This document shows positions 52,436 through 64,000 of a stretch of 64,000 nt of DNA, piece after piece. This stretch comes from an uncultured delta proteobacterium (GTDB lineage Bacteria; Myxococcota; Myxococcia; Myxococcales; Anaeromyxobacteraceae). Location: assembly GCA_963814585.1 (NCBI GenBank), contig CAWFDF010000011.1, positions 160,001 through 224,000 of the forward strand, given 5' to 3'. Position numbers and translations under genes: made by a program. The notes below the pieces were generated by a model, which saw only the letters and a program-made list of their open reading frames with translations, was not told the origin of the DNA and did no database searches. Position 1 is the stretch's first letter. Every line of letters begins with the position of its first letter.

Positions 52436-53352
52436 GGGGCGGTCTCCGGCGCCAGCTGGGGCGCCCGCGGGTGGGCCGGCGCCGGGACCGAGGCGCCGCG
52501 CGGTCCGAGCAGGAAGAAGAGCGTGAGCTGGTTGGCGAGCAGGGCGGCGCCGACGGCGAGGTGGAGGGCCACGATGGGGAGCGCGACGTAGCTGGCGACG
52601 GTGAGCAGCCCCAGCGTCACCTGCGCCGCACCCAGCACCGGCCCGAGCGCGGCCAGCCGGCGCCGGATGGGCGGGCCGCCGGCGGCCTGTCGCCAGGTCC
52701 GCAGCGCCGAGACGGCCACCAGCCCCGCCACCGCGTAGCCGAGGAGCCGGTGCGCCATGTGGACCTGCGCCGGTCCCCAGGACGGCCAGGCAATCCCCTC
52801 GCAGAGGACGAGGTCGGTGCCGCAGGCGAGCGCCGAGCCGGTGTGGCGGACCAGGGCTCCGACCACGATCTGCGCGTAGATGGCTGCCGCGGTCAGGCCG
52901 ACCAGCCCGCGGTCGACCGGCGCCGCCCGGGGGGCCGCCGGGCGCAGCCGGTGGGCGAGGTAGAGGAGGAGCGAGAAGAAGGCCATCGAGGTGGCCAGGT
53001 GGCTCGCCGAGACCAGGAGCGGCAGCCTGTAGACGACGGTGATGGCCCCGAGCGAGGCCTGCACGCCCACCAGGGCCACGGCGGCGAGCGAGAGCCAGCG
53101 CAGCTCGCGCTCGCGCCGGGCGAGGTGGACCACCACCGCCAGCGCCACGGTGAGGACGGAGACGCCGAGCGCCGCCAGCCGGTGGCCGTGCTCGTAGAGG
53201 ATGCCCCCCTGCATGGGCGGGAAGACCATGCCATTGCACAGCGGCCAGTCGGGGCAGGCCAGCGACGAGCCGGTCGGGTGGACCAGCCCCCCGATGACCA
53301 GGAGCAGGAAGGTGGCCGCGGCGGTGGCGGTGGCGAAGCGGTACTCGCGCAT
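52432..53352 (-). CDS. ctaA: Heme A synthase (CtaA/COX15)
   Basis: GSSLACPDWPLC, EHGHR, SHL, HMAHR, LHL. Confidence 0.9.
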   Translation of the reverse strand: MREYRFATATAAATFLLLVIGGLVHPTGSSLACPDWPLCNGMVFPPMQGGILYEHGHRLAALGVSVLTVALAVVVHLARRERELRWLSLAAVALVGVQASLGAITVVYRLPLLVSASHLATSMAFFSLLLYLAHRLRPAAPRAAPVDRGLVGLTAAAIYAQIVVGALVRHTGSALACGTDLVLCEGIAWPSWGPAQVHMAHRLLGYAVAGLVAVSALRTWRQAAGGPPIRRRLAALGPVLGAAQVTLGLLTVASYVALPIVALHLAVGAALLANQLTLFFLLGPRGASVPAPAHPRAPQLAPETAP

Positions 53353-53455
53353 GGTGCGTCCGGGATATAGGAGTGGACCAGCCGGGGGTCAACGGAGGTT
53401 TCAGGTGCCGGGCGGGTCGGCCTCGACTCCCCCACCCCGGGCCAGCGAGGCTCCC

Positions 53456-54121
53456 ATGTCCATCCGCTCCGCCGCCACCGCCCTGTGCCTGCTCCTCGCC
53501 CCGCCGCCCGTCCCGGCCGGGGAGGTTCGGGGCCAGGTCCGCTGGAGCGCGCCGCCGCCCCCCCCGGCGACCGTGGAGACCGACCGCGACCGGTCGGTCT
53601 GCGGACCGGCGGTGGCCGAGGAGTCGGTGCTGGTGTCCGGCGGAGGCCTGGAGAACGTGGTGGTCCGGATCGAGGTCCCCGGGACCAGGGCCGAGCCCCG
53701 CACGCTGGTGCTGGACCAGCAGGGGTGCCGGTACCGGCCGCGGGTCCAGGTGGCCGCCCCCGGCTCGACGCTGGAGCTTCGCAACGGCGACCCGGTGCTG
53801 CACAACGTCCACGGCTACCTGGGCGCCGCGACCGCCTTCAACGTGCCCATGCCGACGCCGGGCGGGAAGTCGCCGCGGCTGCTGGCGCGCCCGGGCGTCA
53901 TCCGCATCGCCTGCGACGTGCACGCCTGGATGAGCGCCACGGTCCTGGTGACCGAGACGCCGCACGTGGTGGTGACCGGGGCCGGGGGGCGCTTCGAGCT
54001 GAAGGCGCTCCCGGCCGGCTCCTGGCAGGCGGTGGCCTGGCACGAGAAGCACGGCGAGAGGCGGGTGGTGGTCGAGGTGCCCGCCACCGGGGCGGTGGAG
54101 CTGGCGTTCAGCTATCCCTGA
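53456..54121 (+). CDS. Secreted carboxypeptidase-regulatory-like/cupredoxin-like protein
   Basis: Signal peptide; LDQQGCRYRP, NGDPVLHNVH, CDVHAWM, WHE. Confidence 0.75.
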   Translation: MSIRSAATALCLLLAPPPVPAGEVRGQVRWSAPPPPPATVETDRDRSVCGPAVAEESVLVSGGGLENVVVRIEVPGTRAEPRTLVLDQQGCRYRPRVQVAAPGSTLELRNGDPVLHNVHGYLGAATAFNVPMPTPGGKSPRLLARPGVIRIACDVHAWMSATVLVTETPHVVVTGAGGRFELKALPAGSWQAVAWHEKHGERRVVVEVPATGAVELAFSYP

Positions 54122-54148
54122 GCCACGCCGGGGAGGGACGGCGGGGCA

Positions 54149-54403
54149 CTAGTCGTCATCATCGTCGTCGTCATCGTCGTCGTCGAGCTCCTCGTCGACC
54201 TCCAGCTCCTCGTCGACCTCGGGCACGACCGGCTCGACCGGCTTGGCGGCGCGCGAGCGCTTCTCCGGCGGCGCCTTGAGCGCCGGGCTCTCGCGCTGGT
54301 CCGCCCGGCACTTGGGGCAGACCGGGACGGGCTTCTTGAGATCGTAGAACTTGGTCGAGCACTTGTAACAGGTGTGCTTGGAGCCGAGGTCCTTCGCAGG
54401 CAT
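54149..54403 (-). CDS. FYDLN-acid domain protein (TIGR02300-like)
   Basis: LGSKHTCYKCSTKFYDLKK..VCPKC plus poly-Asp tail. Confidence 0.88.
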   Translation of the reverse strand: MPAKDLGSKHTCYKCSTKFYDLKKPVPVCPKCRADQRESPALKAPPEKRSRAAKPVEPVVPEVDEELEVDEELDDDDDDDDDDD

Positions 54404-54508
54404 GATTCCCCTCGCGGTGGCGGAGCATGGCGCCTTTAGCGTGGCGTGGAGGCTCGCGTCAAAGGAAAAGCGAGGCGCCGGTCCGGCGCGAAGGGACGGG
54501 ATGGGCCG

Positions 54509-55366
54509 ATGGTGGACGTGGAGAGGCTGGAGCGGAGGATCATCCGGGACACGGCGAGAGCCATCGCCGACTTCTCCCTCATCGGCGAGGGGGACCGGAT
54601 CCTGGTGGCCTGCTCGGGTGGGAAGGACAGCTACACGCTGCTCCACGTGCTCCTGCGATTGCAGGAGCGGGCCCCCATCGACTTCTCGCTGGTGGCCGTC
54701 AACCTCGACCAGGGGCAGCCCGGCTTCCCGGGCCACGTCATCGAGGAGCACTTCAAGGCCGTCGGCGTCCCCTACCGGATGGTGAGGCGCGACCTCTGGG
54801 CCCAGGTGCAGCGGCTGGTCCCCGAGGGCAAGACCGCCTGCTCGGTCTGCTCCCGCTTCCGCCGCGCCGCCCTCTACGACGTGGCCGTGGAGCTGGGCTG
54901 CACGCGAATCGCCCTCGGCCACCACCGCGACGACTTCGTGGAGACGCTGCTGCTCAACGCGCTCTACGCGGGGTCGCTCAAGGCCATGCCGGCGCTGCTG
55001 CGGTCCGACGACGGCCGCAACACGGTGATCCGCCCGCTCTGCTACGCCCCCGAGGAGGAGATCGCCGCGTTCGCCGCGGCCAGGCGCTTCCCCATCGTCC
55101 CCTGCAGCGCCTGCGGCAGCCAGCCCCACCTGCGGCGCAAGCGGGTGAAGGCCCTGCTGGCCGAGCTCTCCAGCGAGCACCCATCGGTGAAGGCCAACCT
55201 GCTCAACGCCCTCGGCCACGTCGTCCCGGCGCACCTGCTCGACCGTGACCTGCTGGCCCGCCTCTCCACGGCCAGCGGCGGCGACCCCTGGATCGACGCC
55301 GAGGAGGAGCGCCCCCCCGACGTCGTCGCGGCGGACCTCCTGGTCCGTCCGATGGGAGCCGGGTGA
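54509..55366 (+). CDS. ttcA: tRNA 2-thiocytidine(32) synthetase
   Basis: SGGKDS PP-loop, CSVCSRFRR, LGHHRDD, IRPL, PCSACGSQ. Confidence 0.92.
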   Translation: MVDVERLERRIIRDTARAIADFSLIGEGDRILVACSGGKDSYTLLHVLLRLQERAPIDFSLVAVNLDQGQPGFPGHVIEEHFKAVGVPYRMVRRDLWAQVQRLVPEGKTACSVCSRFRRAALYDVAVELGCTRIALGHHRDDFVETLLLNALYAGSLKAMPALLRSDDGRNTVIRPLCYAPEEEIAAFAAARRFPIVPCSACGSQPHLRRKRVKALLAELSSEHPSVKANLLNALGHVVPAHLLDRDLLARLSTASGGDPWIDAEEERPPDVVAADLLVRPMGAG

Positions 55367-56043
55367 GCCCCGCGGCGAGGCGGCCGGGGTCGCGCCGCGA
55401 GCTGGCCGCGTTCATCGACCACACCGTGCTCGCCGAGTCGGCGACCGCGGCGCAGGTGGCACAGGCCTGCGAGGAGGCGCGCCAGCACGGCTTCGCCGCG
55501 GTCTGCGTCCGCGGCGTCCACGTCGCCGAGGCGCGGCGCCGGCTGACCGGAACTCCGGTCGAGGTGGCGGCGGTGGTGGACTTCCCGCTCGGCGAGGCCT
55601 CGACCACGGCGCGCGTGGAGGAGGCCGTCGCGCTGGTGGCGGCCGGGGCGGGCGAGCTGGACCTGGTGGCGCCGCTCCCGGCGCTGCTGGCCGAGCGCTG
55701 GGAGGCGGTCTTCGGCGACCTGCGCGCGGTGGTGGCGGCGGTGCCGGTGCCGGTCAAGGTGATCCTCGAGACCGGCGCCCTCGATCGCGACCGGATCGCG
55801 GCCGGGGCGGCGCTGGCGCGGGCCGCCGGCGCGGCCTGGCTCAAGACCTCCACCGGCTTCGGCCGCGGCGGGGCCACGGTGGAGGCGGTGGCGCTGCTGC
55901 GCGCGGTGGCCGGCGGCGCGCTGGGCGTGAAGGCCTCCGGCGGGGTCCGGACCACCGAGCAGGCGCTCGCCCTGATCGAGGCCGGGGCCAGCCGGCTGGG
56001 GGCGTCGGCGTCGCTGGCCATCCTGGCCGGCTGGCGCGACTGA
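55363..56043 (+). CDS. deoC: Deoxyribose-phosphate aldolase
   Basis: IDHTVL, DFPLG, KVILET, KTSTGF, KASGGVR, RLGAS. Confidence 0.92.
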   Translation: MSPAARRPGSRRELAAFIDHTVLAESATAAQVAQACEEARQHGFAAVCVRGVHVAEARRRLTGTPVEVAAVVDFPLGEASTTARVEEAVALVAAGAGELDLVAPLPALLAERWEAVFGDLRAVVAAVPVPVKVILETGALDRDRIAAGAALARAAGAAWLKTSTGFGRGGATVEAVALLRAVAGGALGVKASGGVRTTEQALALIEAGASRLGASASLAILAGWRD

Positions 56044-56127
56044 GGGCCCGGCGGGAGGCCCGCGGGGCGGCGAGACCCGGCGCCCCTCGCCTGGGCCCGC
56101 CGCAGCGGGCTCGAGGGCGTGGCGCCA

Positions 56128-56541
56128 TCAAGGCTTCGGGGGGCAGGTCTCCAGGCTGAGCAGCACCGGGCCCTTGGCCGGCAGGATGACCTTGGTCTCG
56201 GGGGAGCAGAGGGCGCCGGCCCTGGCGGAGACGACGATCAGGCCGGCCGGCCCCTTGCCGACGCCGGCCGGGTCCGGCTTGCTGCCGCCGATCCCCGAGA
56301 CCATGAGCCAGAACCGCCCGGTCTCGTCGGTGGTCTGGCTGCCGGCCACCTCCCTGGCGCCGGAGACCGTCACCACGGCGCCGGCGACCACGGCGCCGCC
56401 GGCGAGACGCCGCGCCTCCCCGACGACCTCGTAGGTGTGGCGGGAGGGGTCGGGGTCCTCACCGGCCGGCAGCTTGAACGCCGAGCAGCCAGCGGTGGTG
56501 GCGAGCGCGGCGAGCAGCAGCAGGTGGTCGGGGCGTGGCAT
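56128..56541 (-). CDS. Hypothetical lipoprotein
   Basis: Lipobox TAGC; GAVVTV..TTDETGRF resembles a carboxypeptidase-regulatory-like strand pattern. Confidence 0.6.
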   Translation of the reverse strand: MPRPDHLLLLAALATTAGCSAFKLPAGEDPDPSRHTYEVVGEARRLAGGAVVAGAVVTVSGAREVAGSQTTDETGRFWLMVSGIGGSKPDPAGVGKGPAGLIVVSARAGALCSPETKVILPAKGPVLLSLETCPPKP

Positions 56542-56608
56542 GGGGGGAAGCGTGACACGCCCGCCGCCCCGGCGCCACGGCCTCCGGTGGGGCGCGGGAC
56601 CACCCGCC

Positions 56609-57760
56609 TCAGCGGCCTGGGGGCGGCCCCACCTCGGCGGTCCAGCGGGTGAGCCCGCCGGCGAGGTGCCAGACCCGGGTGAAGCCGGCGTCGAGGAGCC
56701 GCCTCGCCGCCGTGGCGCTGCGCTGGCCCACCTGGCAGTAGAGCACGAGGTCCCGGTCACGCGGCAGGTCGGCGACGTGGACCTCGAGCTCGGAGAGCGG
56801 CGCCAGCCGGGCCCCGGGCAGCCGCGTGCGCAGCCACTCGTGCCGCTCGCGCACGTCCACCAGCTCGATGGGCGCCCTCGACGCCAGCAGCGCCGCCAGC
56901 TCGCCGGGCGTGTACTCGGCCACCTGGCCCGGACCAGGCCTGGCCGGGCCGGCGCAGAACGCCTCGTGGTCGGGCAGCTCCCGCAGCGTCCGCGTCCCGC
57001 AGGCCGGGCAGGCCGGATCGCGGGTCAGCCTGAGCGACTGGAAGCGCATGCCGAGCGCGTCGACCAGCAGCAGCCTCCCGACGAGCGGCTCGCCGATCCC
57101 GAGGATCAGCTTGATCGCCTCGGTGGCCTGGATGACCCCGAGCAGGCCGGGGAGCACCCCGAGGACGCCCCCCTCGGCGCAGGAGGGGACCAGCCCGGGC
57201 GGTGGTGGCTCGGGGTGGAGGCAGCGGTAGCAGGGGCCGTCGGCGGTGGCGAAGATCGAGGCCTGTCCCTCGAAGCGGAAGATCGAGGCATAGACGTTGG
57301 GCCGGCCGGCCAGGACGCAGGCGTCGTTGACGAGGTAGCGGGTGGCGAAGTTGTCGGTCCCGTCGACCACCAGGTCGTGGGCGCCGACCAGCTCGAGCGC
57401 GTTCGATCGGTCGAGCCGCACGGGGTGGAGCTCGACCTGGACGTTGGGGTTGAGGTCGATCAGCCGGTCGCGGGCCGCGTCGAGCTTGGCGCGCCCCACG
57501 TCGCGAGTGCCGAAGAGGACCTGGCGCTGCAGGTTGCTGCGGTCGACCTCGTCGAAGTCGCAGAGCCCGAGGTGGCCGACGCCGGCGGCGGCCAGGTAGA
57601 GCGCGGCGGGCGAGCCGAGGCCGCCGGCGCCCACCAGCAGGACGCGCGCCTGCTTGAGCCGGCGCTGCCCCTCGGGGCCGACCTCGGGGAGGACGAGGTG
57701 CCTGCCGTAGCGGAGCAGCTCCTCGTCGGTCAGGGTGGGGAGTTCATCCGGGCCGGACAT
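56609..57760 (-). CDS. moeB: MoeB/ThiF adenylyltransferase fused to rhodanese (MoeZ-like)
   Basis: RYGRHL, GAGGLG, SNLQRQ, DGTDNF, PCYRC, CPAC; DVRE and YCQVGQRS rhodanese loop. Confidence 0.92.
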   Translation of the reverse strand: MSGPDELPTLTDEELLRYGRHLVLPEVGPEGQRRLKQARVLLVGAGGLGSPAALYLAAAGVGHLGLCDFDEVDRSNLQRQVLFGTRDVGRAKLDAARDRLIDLNPNVQVELHPVRLDRSNALELVGAHDLVVDGTDNFATRYLVNDACVLAGRPNVYASIFRFEGQASIFATADGPCYRCLHPEPPPPGLVPSCAEGGVLGVLPGLLGVIQATEAIKLILGIGEPLVGRLLLVDALGMRFQSLRLTRDPACPACGTRTLRELPDHEAFCAGPARPGPGQVAEYTPGELAALLASRAPIELVDVRERHEWLRTRLPGARLAPLSELEVHVADLPRDRDLVLYCQVGQRSATAARRLLDAGFTRVWHLAGGLTRWTAEVGPPPGR

Positions 57761-58313
57761 GGCCGTAGTCTACCGGCCTGGCCGATTCGGCGCTGCGCCC
57801 CGAGGCGCTCCGCACCGGCAGCACCTGGCAGTCGGCGCAGGCAGCGGTGGCGAGGCGAGCCACCGCGTCGGTGGGCGGCGCGCCGCGCCAGGCCGCGAGC
57901 CCCTTGAAGAGCAGGCAGCCGACGCAGATCCCGGTGCCGGCGGCCAGCAGCGCCAGCGCCGCCACCGCGCCGCCCAGCGACAGCGAAACGGCCTGCCAGC
58001 CGAGCGCGCCGGCCAGGGTGGCCGCCGAGAGGAAGGTGAGTCCCACCTGGTTGGCGAAGCGGACCGGCCGGCTGTCCTCGAGCGGTCCCTCGCCGAGGCG
58101 CGGCTGCACCACCTCGAAGTAGAGGACGCAGGCCAGGCACCAGCGCCGCCCCAGCGACAGGCTGAGGAGGAGCTGGAGCGCCACCAGGCCGAAGAGCGGC
58201 CACCAGCCGGTGAGGACGCCGGCCAGGGAGACCAGCCCGACCACGGCCTGGTTGAGCCGGGGGGCCCGGGAGTCGATGACCTGGAGATCGCGGTAGGGGT
58301 GGGCGACGGGCAT
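57744..58313 (-). CDS. DUF4395 family membrane protein
   Basis: ID.RAPRLNQ, EDSRPVRFANQVG, GICVGC. Confidence 0.8.
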   Translation of the reverse strand: MPVAHPYRDLQVIDSRAPRLNQAVVGLVSLAGVLTGWWPLFGLVALQLLLSLSLGRRWCLACVLYFEVVQPRLGEGPLEDSRPVRFANQVGLTFLSAATLAGALGWQAVSLSLGGAVAALALLAAGTGICVGCLLFKGLAAWRGAPPTDAVARLATAACADCQVLPVRSASGRSAESARPVDYGHVRPG

Positions 58314-58332
58314 GGCGTGGCTCCTCGCCGGG

Positions 58333-59301
<969 letters not shown>

Positions 59302-59362
59302 GGAGGCCTCGGTGGCTCGGGTGGGCGGGGCGCGGCAGGCGACCCAGGGCTCGAGCGATGTG

Positions 59363-59394
59363 TCCGCTATAGCGGAGGGAAACCTTCCGTGCAA
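59363..59394 (-). promoter_or_regulatory. cysK sigma70 promoter with overlapping palindromic operator
   Basis: TTGCAC-17-TATAGC; perfect palindrome TCCGCTATAGCGGA (59363-59376) covers the -10. Confidence 0.7.
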
Positions 59395-59473
59395 GGGGAT
59401 CATCCTGGCCGCGGCGTGCAGGGGCCACGAAATCTGGAGAAAAGCGAGTATTTGCGGGTGAGCGGACCTGGAG

Positions 59474-59507
59474 TTGCGCGCCGCCGTCGGTTCCGCTAAA
59501 GCGGAAC
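59474..59507 (+). promoter_or_regulatory. metB sigma70 promoter with overlapping palindromic operator
   Basis: TTGCGC-17-TAAAGC; GTTCCGCTAAAGCGGAAC (59490-59507) covers the -10. Confidence 0.7.
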
Positions 59508-59603
59508 ACCCGCTGACGCCCCGCCCGGCCCGGACGGGCTCCGCTGCGCACCGCCACCGCCCCGAACCGCCGTCCCCGCCCACTGCCACCGCCGAAGGCG
59601 ACC

Positions 59604-60884
59604 ATGACCGAAGACCAGCACCTCGACGCCAACGTCCCCGGGAACCCCGCCTACCACTTCACCATCCTGCCGGCCGGCTCGCCCGGCCGGGTGGGCTGGG
59701 CCCGGCGCGCGGCGCTGGTCCCCGGGGCCGGGCTGGCCACCCGCTGCGTCCACGCCGGCGTCCAGCCCGACCCGGCCTACGGCGCGGTGATGCCGCCCAT
59801 CTACCTCTCCTCCACCTTCGCCTTCCGCGACGTCTGCACCAACGCCGGCTACGACTACACCAGGAGCGGCAACCCGACCCGCGCGGCGCTGGAGGAGGCC
59901 ATCGCGCAGCTGGAGGGAGGCAGCGGCGCCACCTGCACCACCACCGGCATGGCGGCGGTGACGCTGGTGCTCAACCTGCTCCCGGCCGGGAGCCACATCC
60001 TCGCCACCATCGACTGCTACGGCGGCACCTTCCGGACGCTGGAGCACCTCAAGGTCGCGGCCGGCCTCAAGGTCACCTACCTCGATCTCGCAGACCTGGC
60101 GGCGGTCCGGGAGGCGCTCGCGCGGGAGACGGCGCTGGTCTGGATCGAGACGCCCTCCAACCCGCTGCTGCGGCTCACCGACATCGCGGCGGTGGCGGCG
60201 CTGGCGAAGGCCCGAGGCGCGCTCACCGTGGTGGACAACACCTTCCTCTCCCCGGTGCTGCAGCGCCCCTTCGAGCACGGCGCGGATCTCGTGGTCCACT
60301 CCACCACCAAGTACCTGAACGGCCACTCCGACGTGGTGGGCGGCGCGGTGGTGGCGGCCCCGGGGCGGACCGCGCTCCTGCAGCGGATCCAGTCGATGAA
60401 CAACCTGCTCGGCACCTCGCAGAGCCCGCACGACTGCTTCCTGGTGCTGCGCGGCCTGAAGACCCTGCTGCTCCGCATGAGGGCCCACGAGGCCGGCGCG
60501 CAGCGCGTGGCCCAGTTCCTGGCGGCCCACCCGGCCGTCGACGAGGTCTTCTACCCAGGCCTGCCGGGCCACCCGCAGCACGCCCTGGCGAAGCGGCAGC
60601 AGGACGGCTTCGGCGGCATGCTCAGCTTCGAGCTGAAGAACGGGACGCCGGGGCGGGTCAACCACGTGCTGCGGACGCTGCGCTGGTTCACCCTGGCCGA
60701 GAGCCTGGGCGGCGTGGAGAGCCTGGTGGCCCACCCGGCCTCGATGACCCACGCCTCGATGACCCCCGAGGCGCGGGCCCGGGCCGGCATCACCGACAGC
60801 GTCATCCGGCTCTCGGTCGGCATCGAGGCCCCGGATGATCTGATCGCGGACCTGAAGGAGACGCTGGACTCGCTGCCGGGGTAG
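59604..60884 (+). CDS. metB: Cystathionine gamma-synthase/lyase (Cys/Met PLP family)
   Basis: [44 protein letters not shown]. Confidence 0.85.
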   Translation: MTEDQHLDANVPGNPAYHFTILPAGSPGRVGWARRAALVPGAGLATRCVHAGVQPDPAYGAVMPPIYLSSTFAFRDVCTNAGYDYTRSGNPTRAALEEAIAQLEGGSGATCTTTGMAAVTLVLNLLPAGSHILATIDCYGGTFRTLEHLKVAAGLKVTYLDLADLAAVREALARETALVWIETPSNPLLRLTDIAAVAALAKARGALTVVDNTFLSPVLQRPFEHGADLVVHSTTKYLNGHSDVVGGAVVAAPGRTALLQRIQSMNNLLGTSQSPHDCFLVLRGLKTLLLRMRAHEAGAQRVAQFLAAHPAVDEVFYPGLPGHPQHALAKRQQDGFGGMLSFELKNGTPGRVNHVLRTLRWFTLAESLGGVESLVAHPASMTHASMTPEARARAGITDSVIRLSVGIEAPDDLIADLKETLDSLPG

Positions 60885-61091
60885 GGACCGGGACGAGGAT
60901 CGGCGCCTCCGGCGGCGTCGCCGGGTTCACCGGCGGCGCTCAGCGATCGGTGCGCCCGAGGCGTTGCCAGAGCAGGGTCGCCTCGAGCGGCAACCTGCCG
61001 AGCTCCAGCTCGACGGCGCCTCCCCCATTCGCGAAGTCTGACGTCAGAACTCGCGAAAGAGGGACCTCGGCCGGGTGGGTGTCTGCCGCCC

Positions 61092-62478
<1,387 letters not shown>

Positions 62479-62602
62479 GCTGCAATTGAATACCGGCGGG
62501 TCGTCTCCCCCGCACGGACGATCATCCGCGATGGCAGACAGACCGCGGCCCGGCCGGTCGAGGGGCTTCCGCTCCCCCGGGGTTCCGGTAGATTCGGCCT
62601 CG

Positions 62603-64000
62603 ATGCCACACCTCCGACCCCAGCCCCGCTCCGTGGGGGAGCTCTTCCTCGACCGGGTCGGCCAGACTCCCGACGCGCTCGCCTTCACCTACCCGGAGGG
62701 CCCGGCCTGGAAGAAGCTCACCTGGGCGGGCACCGAGGCGCGAGTGCGGGCCATCGCCAGCGGCCTGCGCGCCATCGGCCTCGAGCGCGAGGACGTGGCC
62801 GCCATCCTGGCCGGAACGCGGATCGAGTGGGTGCTGGCCGACCTCGGGGTCCTCTGCGCCGGCGGCGCCACCTCCACCATCTACCCGTCCTCCACCGCCG
62901 AGGAGTGCGCCTACATCCTGGCCGACTCGGCCGCCGCGGTCTGCTTCGCCGAGAACGAGGAGCAGGTGGCCAAGCTGCTCGGCCACCGCACCCGGCTCCC
63001 GGCGCTGACCAAGGTCGTGGTCTTCGACGGCGCCGCCTCGCCCGACGGCTTCGTCATGCCGCTCAGCGCCCTCGAGGACCTGGGGCGCGCCCACGATGGC
63101 TCCCACCCCGGCGAGTTCGAGGAGACCTGTGCGGCCGTCGAGGGCGACTCGCTGGCCACGCTGATCTACACGTCCGGGACCACCGGGCCGCCCAAGGGCG
63201 TCGAGCTGACCCACGCCTGCTGGGTGGAGCAGTCGGCCTCGATCGAGGAGTCGGGCATCCTCGACCACCCGGATGCCTCCCAGCTCTTCTGGCTTCCGCT
63301 GGCCCACAGCTTCGGCAAGATGATCGGCACGGCCCAGCTGCGCATCGGCTTCCCGACCGTGGTGGACGGACGCGTCGAGAAGCTGGTGGAGAACCTGGGC
63401 CGGTTCCGGCCGACCTTCGTCTGCGCCGTCCCGCGCATCTTCGAGAAGGTCCACGCCAAGGTGGTGCTCGGCGCCACCGACCAGGGCGGCCCGAGGGCCG
63501 CTCTCTTCAGGTGGGCCATCGAGGTCGGGCTGACGGTCTCGCGCAAGCGGCGCGAGGGGGAGGCGCCCGGGCCGATGCTGGAGGCGCGCTACCGGCTGGC
63601 CGACCGGCTGGTGTTCCGCAAGGTGCGCCAGCTCTTCGGCGGGCGGCTCAAGTTCTTCATCTCCGGCTCGGCGCCGCTCTCCCGCGAGGTGGCCGAGTTC
63701 TTCGACGCCATGGGGGTCGTCATCCTCGAGGGCTACGGCCTCACCGAGTCGTCGGCCGCCACCCACTGCAACCTGCCCTGGAACCGGAGGATCGGCACGG
63801 TCGGGCCGGCCCTGCCCGGCGTCGAGGTGCGGCTGGGACCCGACGGCGAGGTCCTCATGCGCGGGCCGTGGATCATGCGCGGCTACCGTGGCCGGGCCGA
63901 CGCCACCGCCGAGGCGCTCGACGGCGAGGGGTGGCTCCACACCGGCGACGTGGGGGTCCTCGACGAGCAGGGCCGGCTCTCCATCACCGACCGGAAGAAG
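62603..64000 (+). CDS. Long-chain fatty acid-CoA ligase, 3'-truncated by window edge
   Basis: ATG at 62603 (not in the ORF track); IYTSGTTGPPKG, VPRIFEK, SGSAPL, EGYGLTE, LHTGD, TDRKK. Confidence 0.9.
   Translation, partial: MPHLRPQPRSVGELFLDRVGQTPDALAFTYPEGPAWKKLTWAGTEARVRAIASGLRAIGLEREDVAAILAGTRIEWVLADLGVLCAGGATSTIYPSSTAEECAYILADSAAAVCFAENEEQVAKLLGHRTRLPALTKVVVFDGAASPDGFVMPLSALEDLGRAHDGSHPGEFEETCAAVEGDSLATLIYTSGTTGPPKGVELTHACWVEQSASIEESGILDHPDASQLFWLPLAHSFGKMIGTAQLRIGFPTVVDGRVEKLVENLGRFRPTFVCAVPRIFEKVHAKVVLGATDQGGPRAALFRWAIEVGLTVSRKRREGEAPGPMLEARYRLADRLVFRKVRQLFGGRLKFFISGSAPLSREVAEFFDAMGVVILEGYGLTESSAATHCNLPWNRRIGTVGPALPGVEVRLGPDGEVLMRGPWIMRGYRGRADATAEALDGEGWLHTGDVGVLDEQGRLSITDRKK

Noticed and set aside
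54149..54220. (TCG/TCA)n trinucleotide run as a contingency repeat
   Set aside because: It simply encodes the acidic tail typical of FYDLN-acid proteins
59508..59607. Cys-containing leader peptide or SAM riboswitch upstream of metB
   Set aside because: The frame ending at the TGA overlapping the metB ATG has two Cys codons but no start codon after the predicted TSS; no S-box consensus is recognisable

Overview
Very GC-rich bacterial chromosomal segment. Gene content and protein style suggest an Anaeromyxobacter-like member of Myxococcota (inference). About 57 genes and one tRNA-Ala(CGC); no CRISPR array, integrase, transposase or prophage is visible. Main blocks: (1) a five-gene minus-strand operon (transglutaminase-DUF2126, stand-alone DUF2126, circularly permuted ATP-grasp, alpha-E, Ntn-amidotransferase-transglutaminase fusion), which is a predicted but functionally unresolved peptide-ligation/tagging system, next to a disrupted gdhA; (2) acs, murein-recycling genes and msrBA; (3) a porin plus 12-heme cytochrome pair; (4) an HDAC with a GNAT-like C-terminal domain; (5) amtB and glnB; (6) a radical SAM enzyme, a 20-Cys periodic protein and an XRE-cupin regulator; (7) heme O/A synthesis genes; (8) a sulfur amino-acid cluster (moeZ-like, DUF4395, cysK, metB, metY). 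Three non-coding patterns stand out. A sigma54 promoter plus a TGCCCG-N5-CGGGCA enhancer-like palindrome is shared by amtB, glnB and the peptide-ligase operon (a putative nitrogen regulon). A TCCGYTAWARCGGA palindrome overlaps the cysK, metB and metY promoters and also lies between the XRE-cupin and radical SAM genes (a putative sulfur regulon). Many genes have a TANNNT box 6-9 nt before the start codon (probable leaderless mRNAs). Several frameshifts (gdhA, mscS, TPR gene) may be assembly errors. All family calls come from motif recognition by eye, not from database searches.
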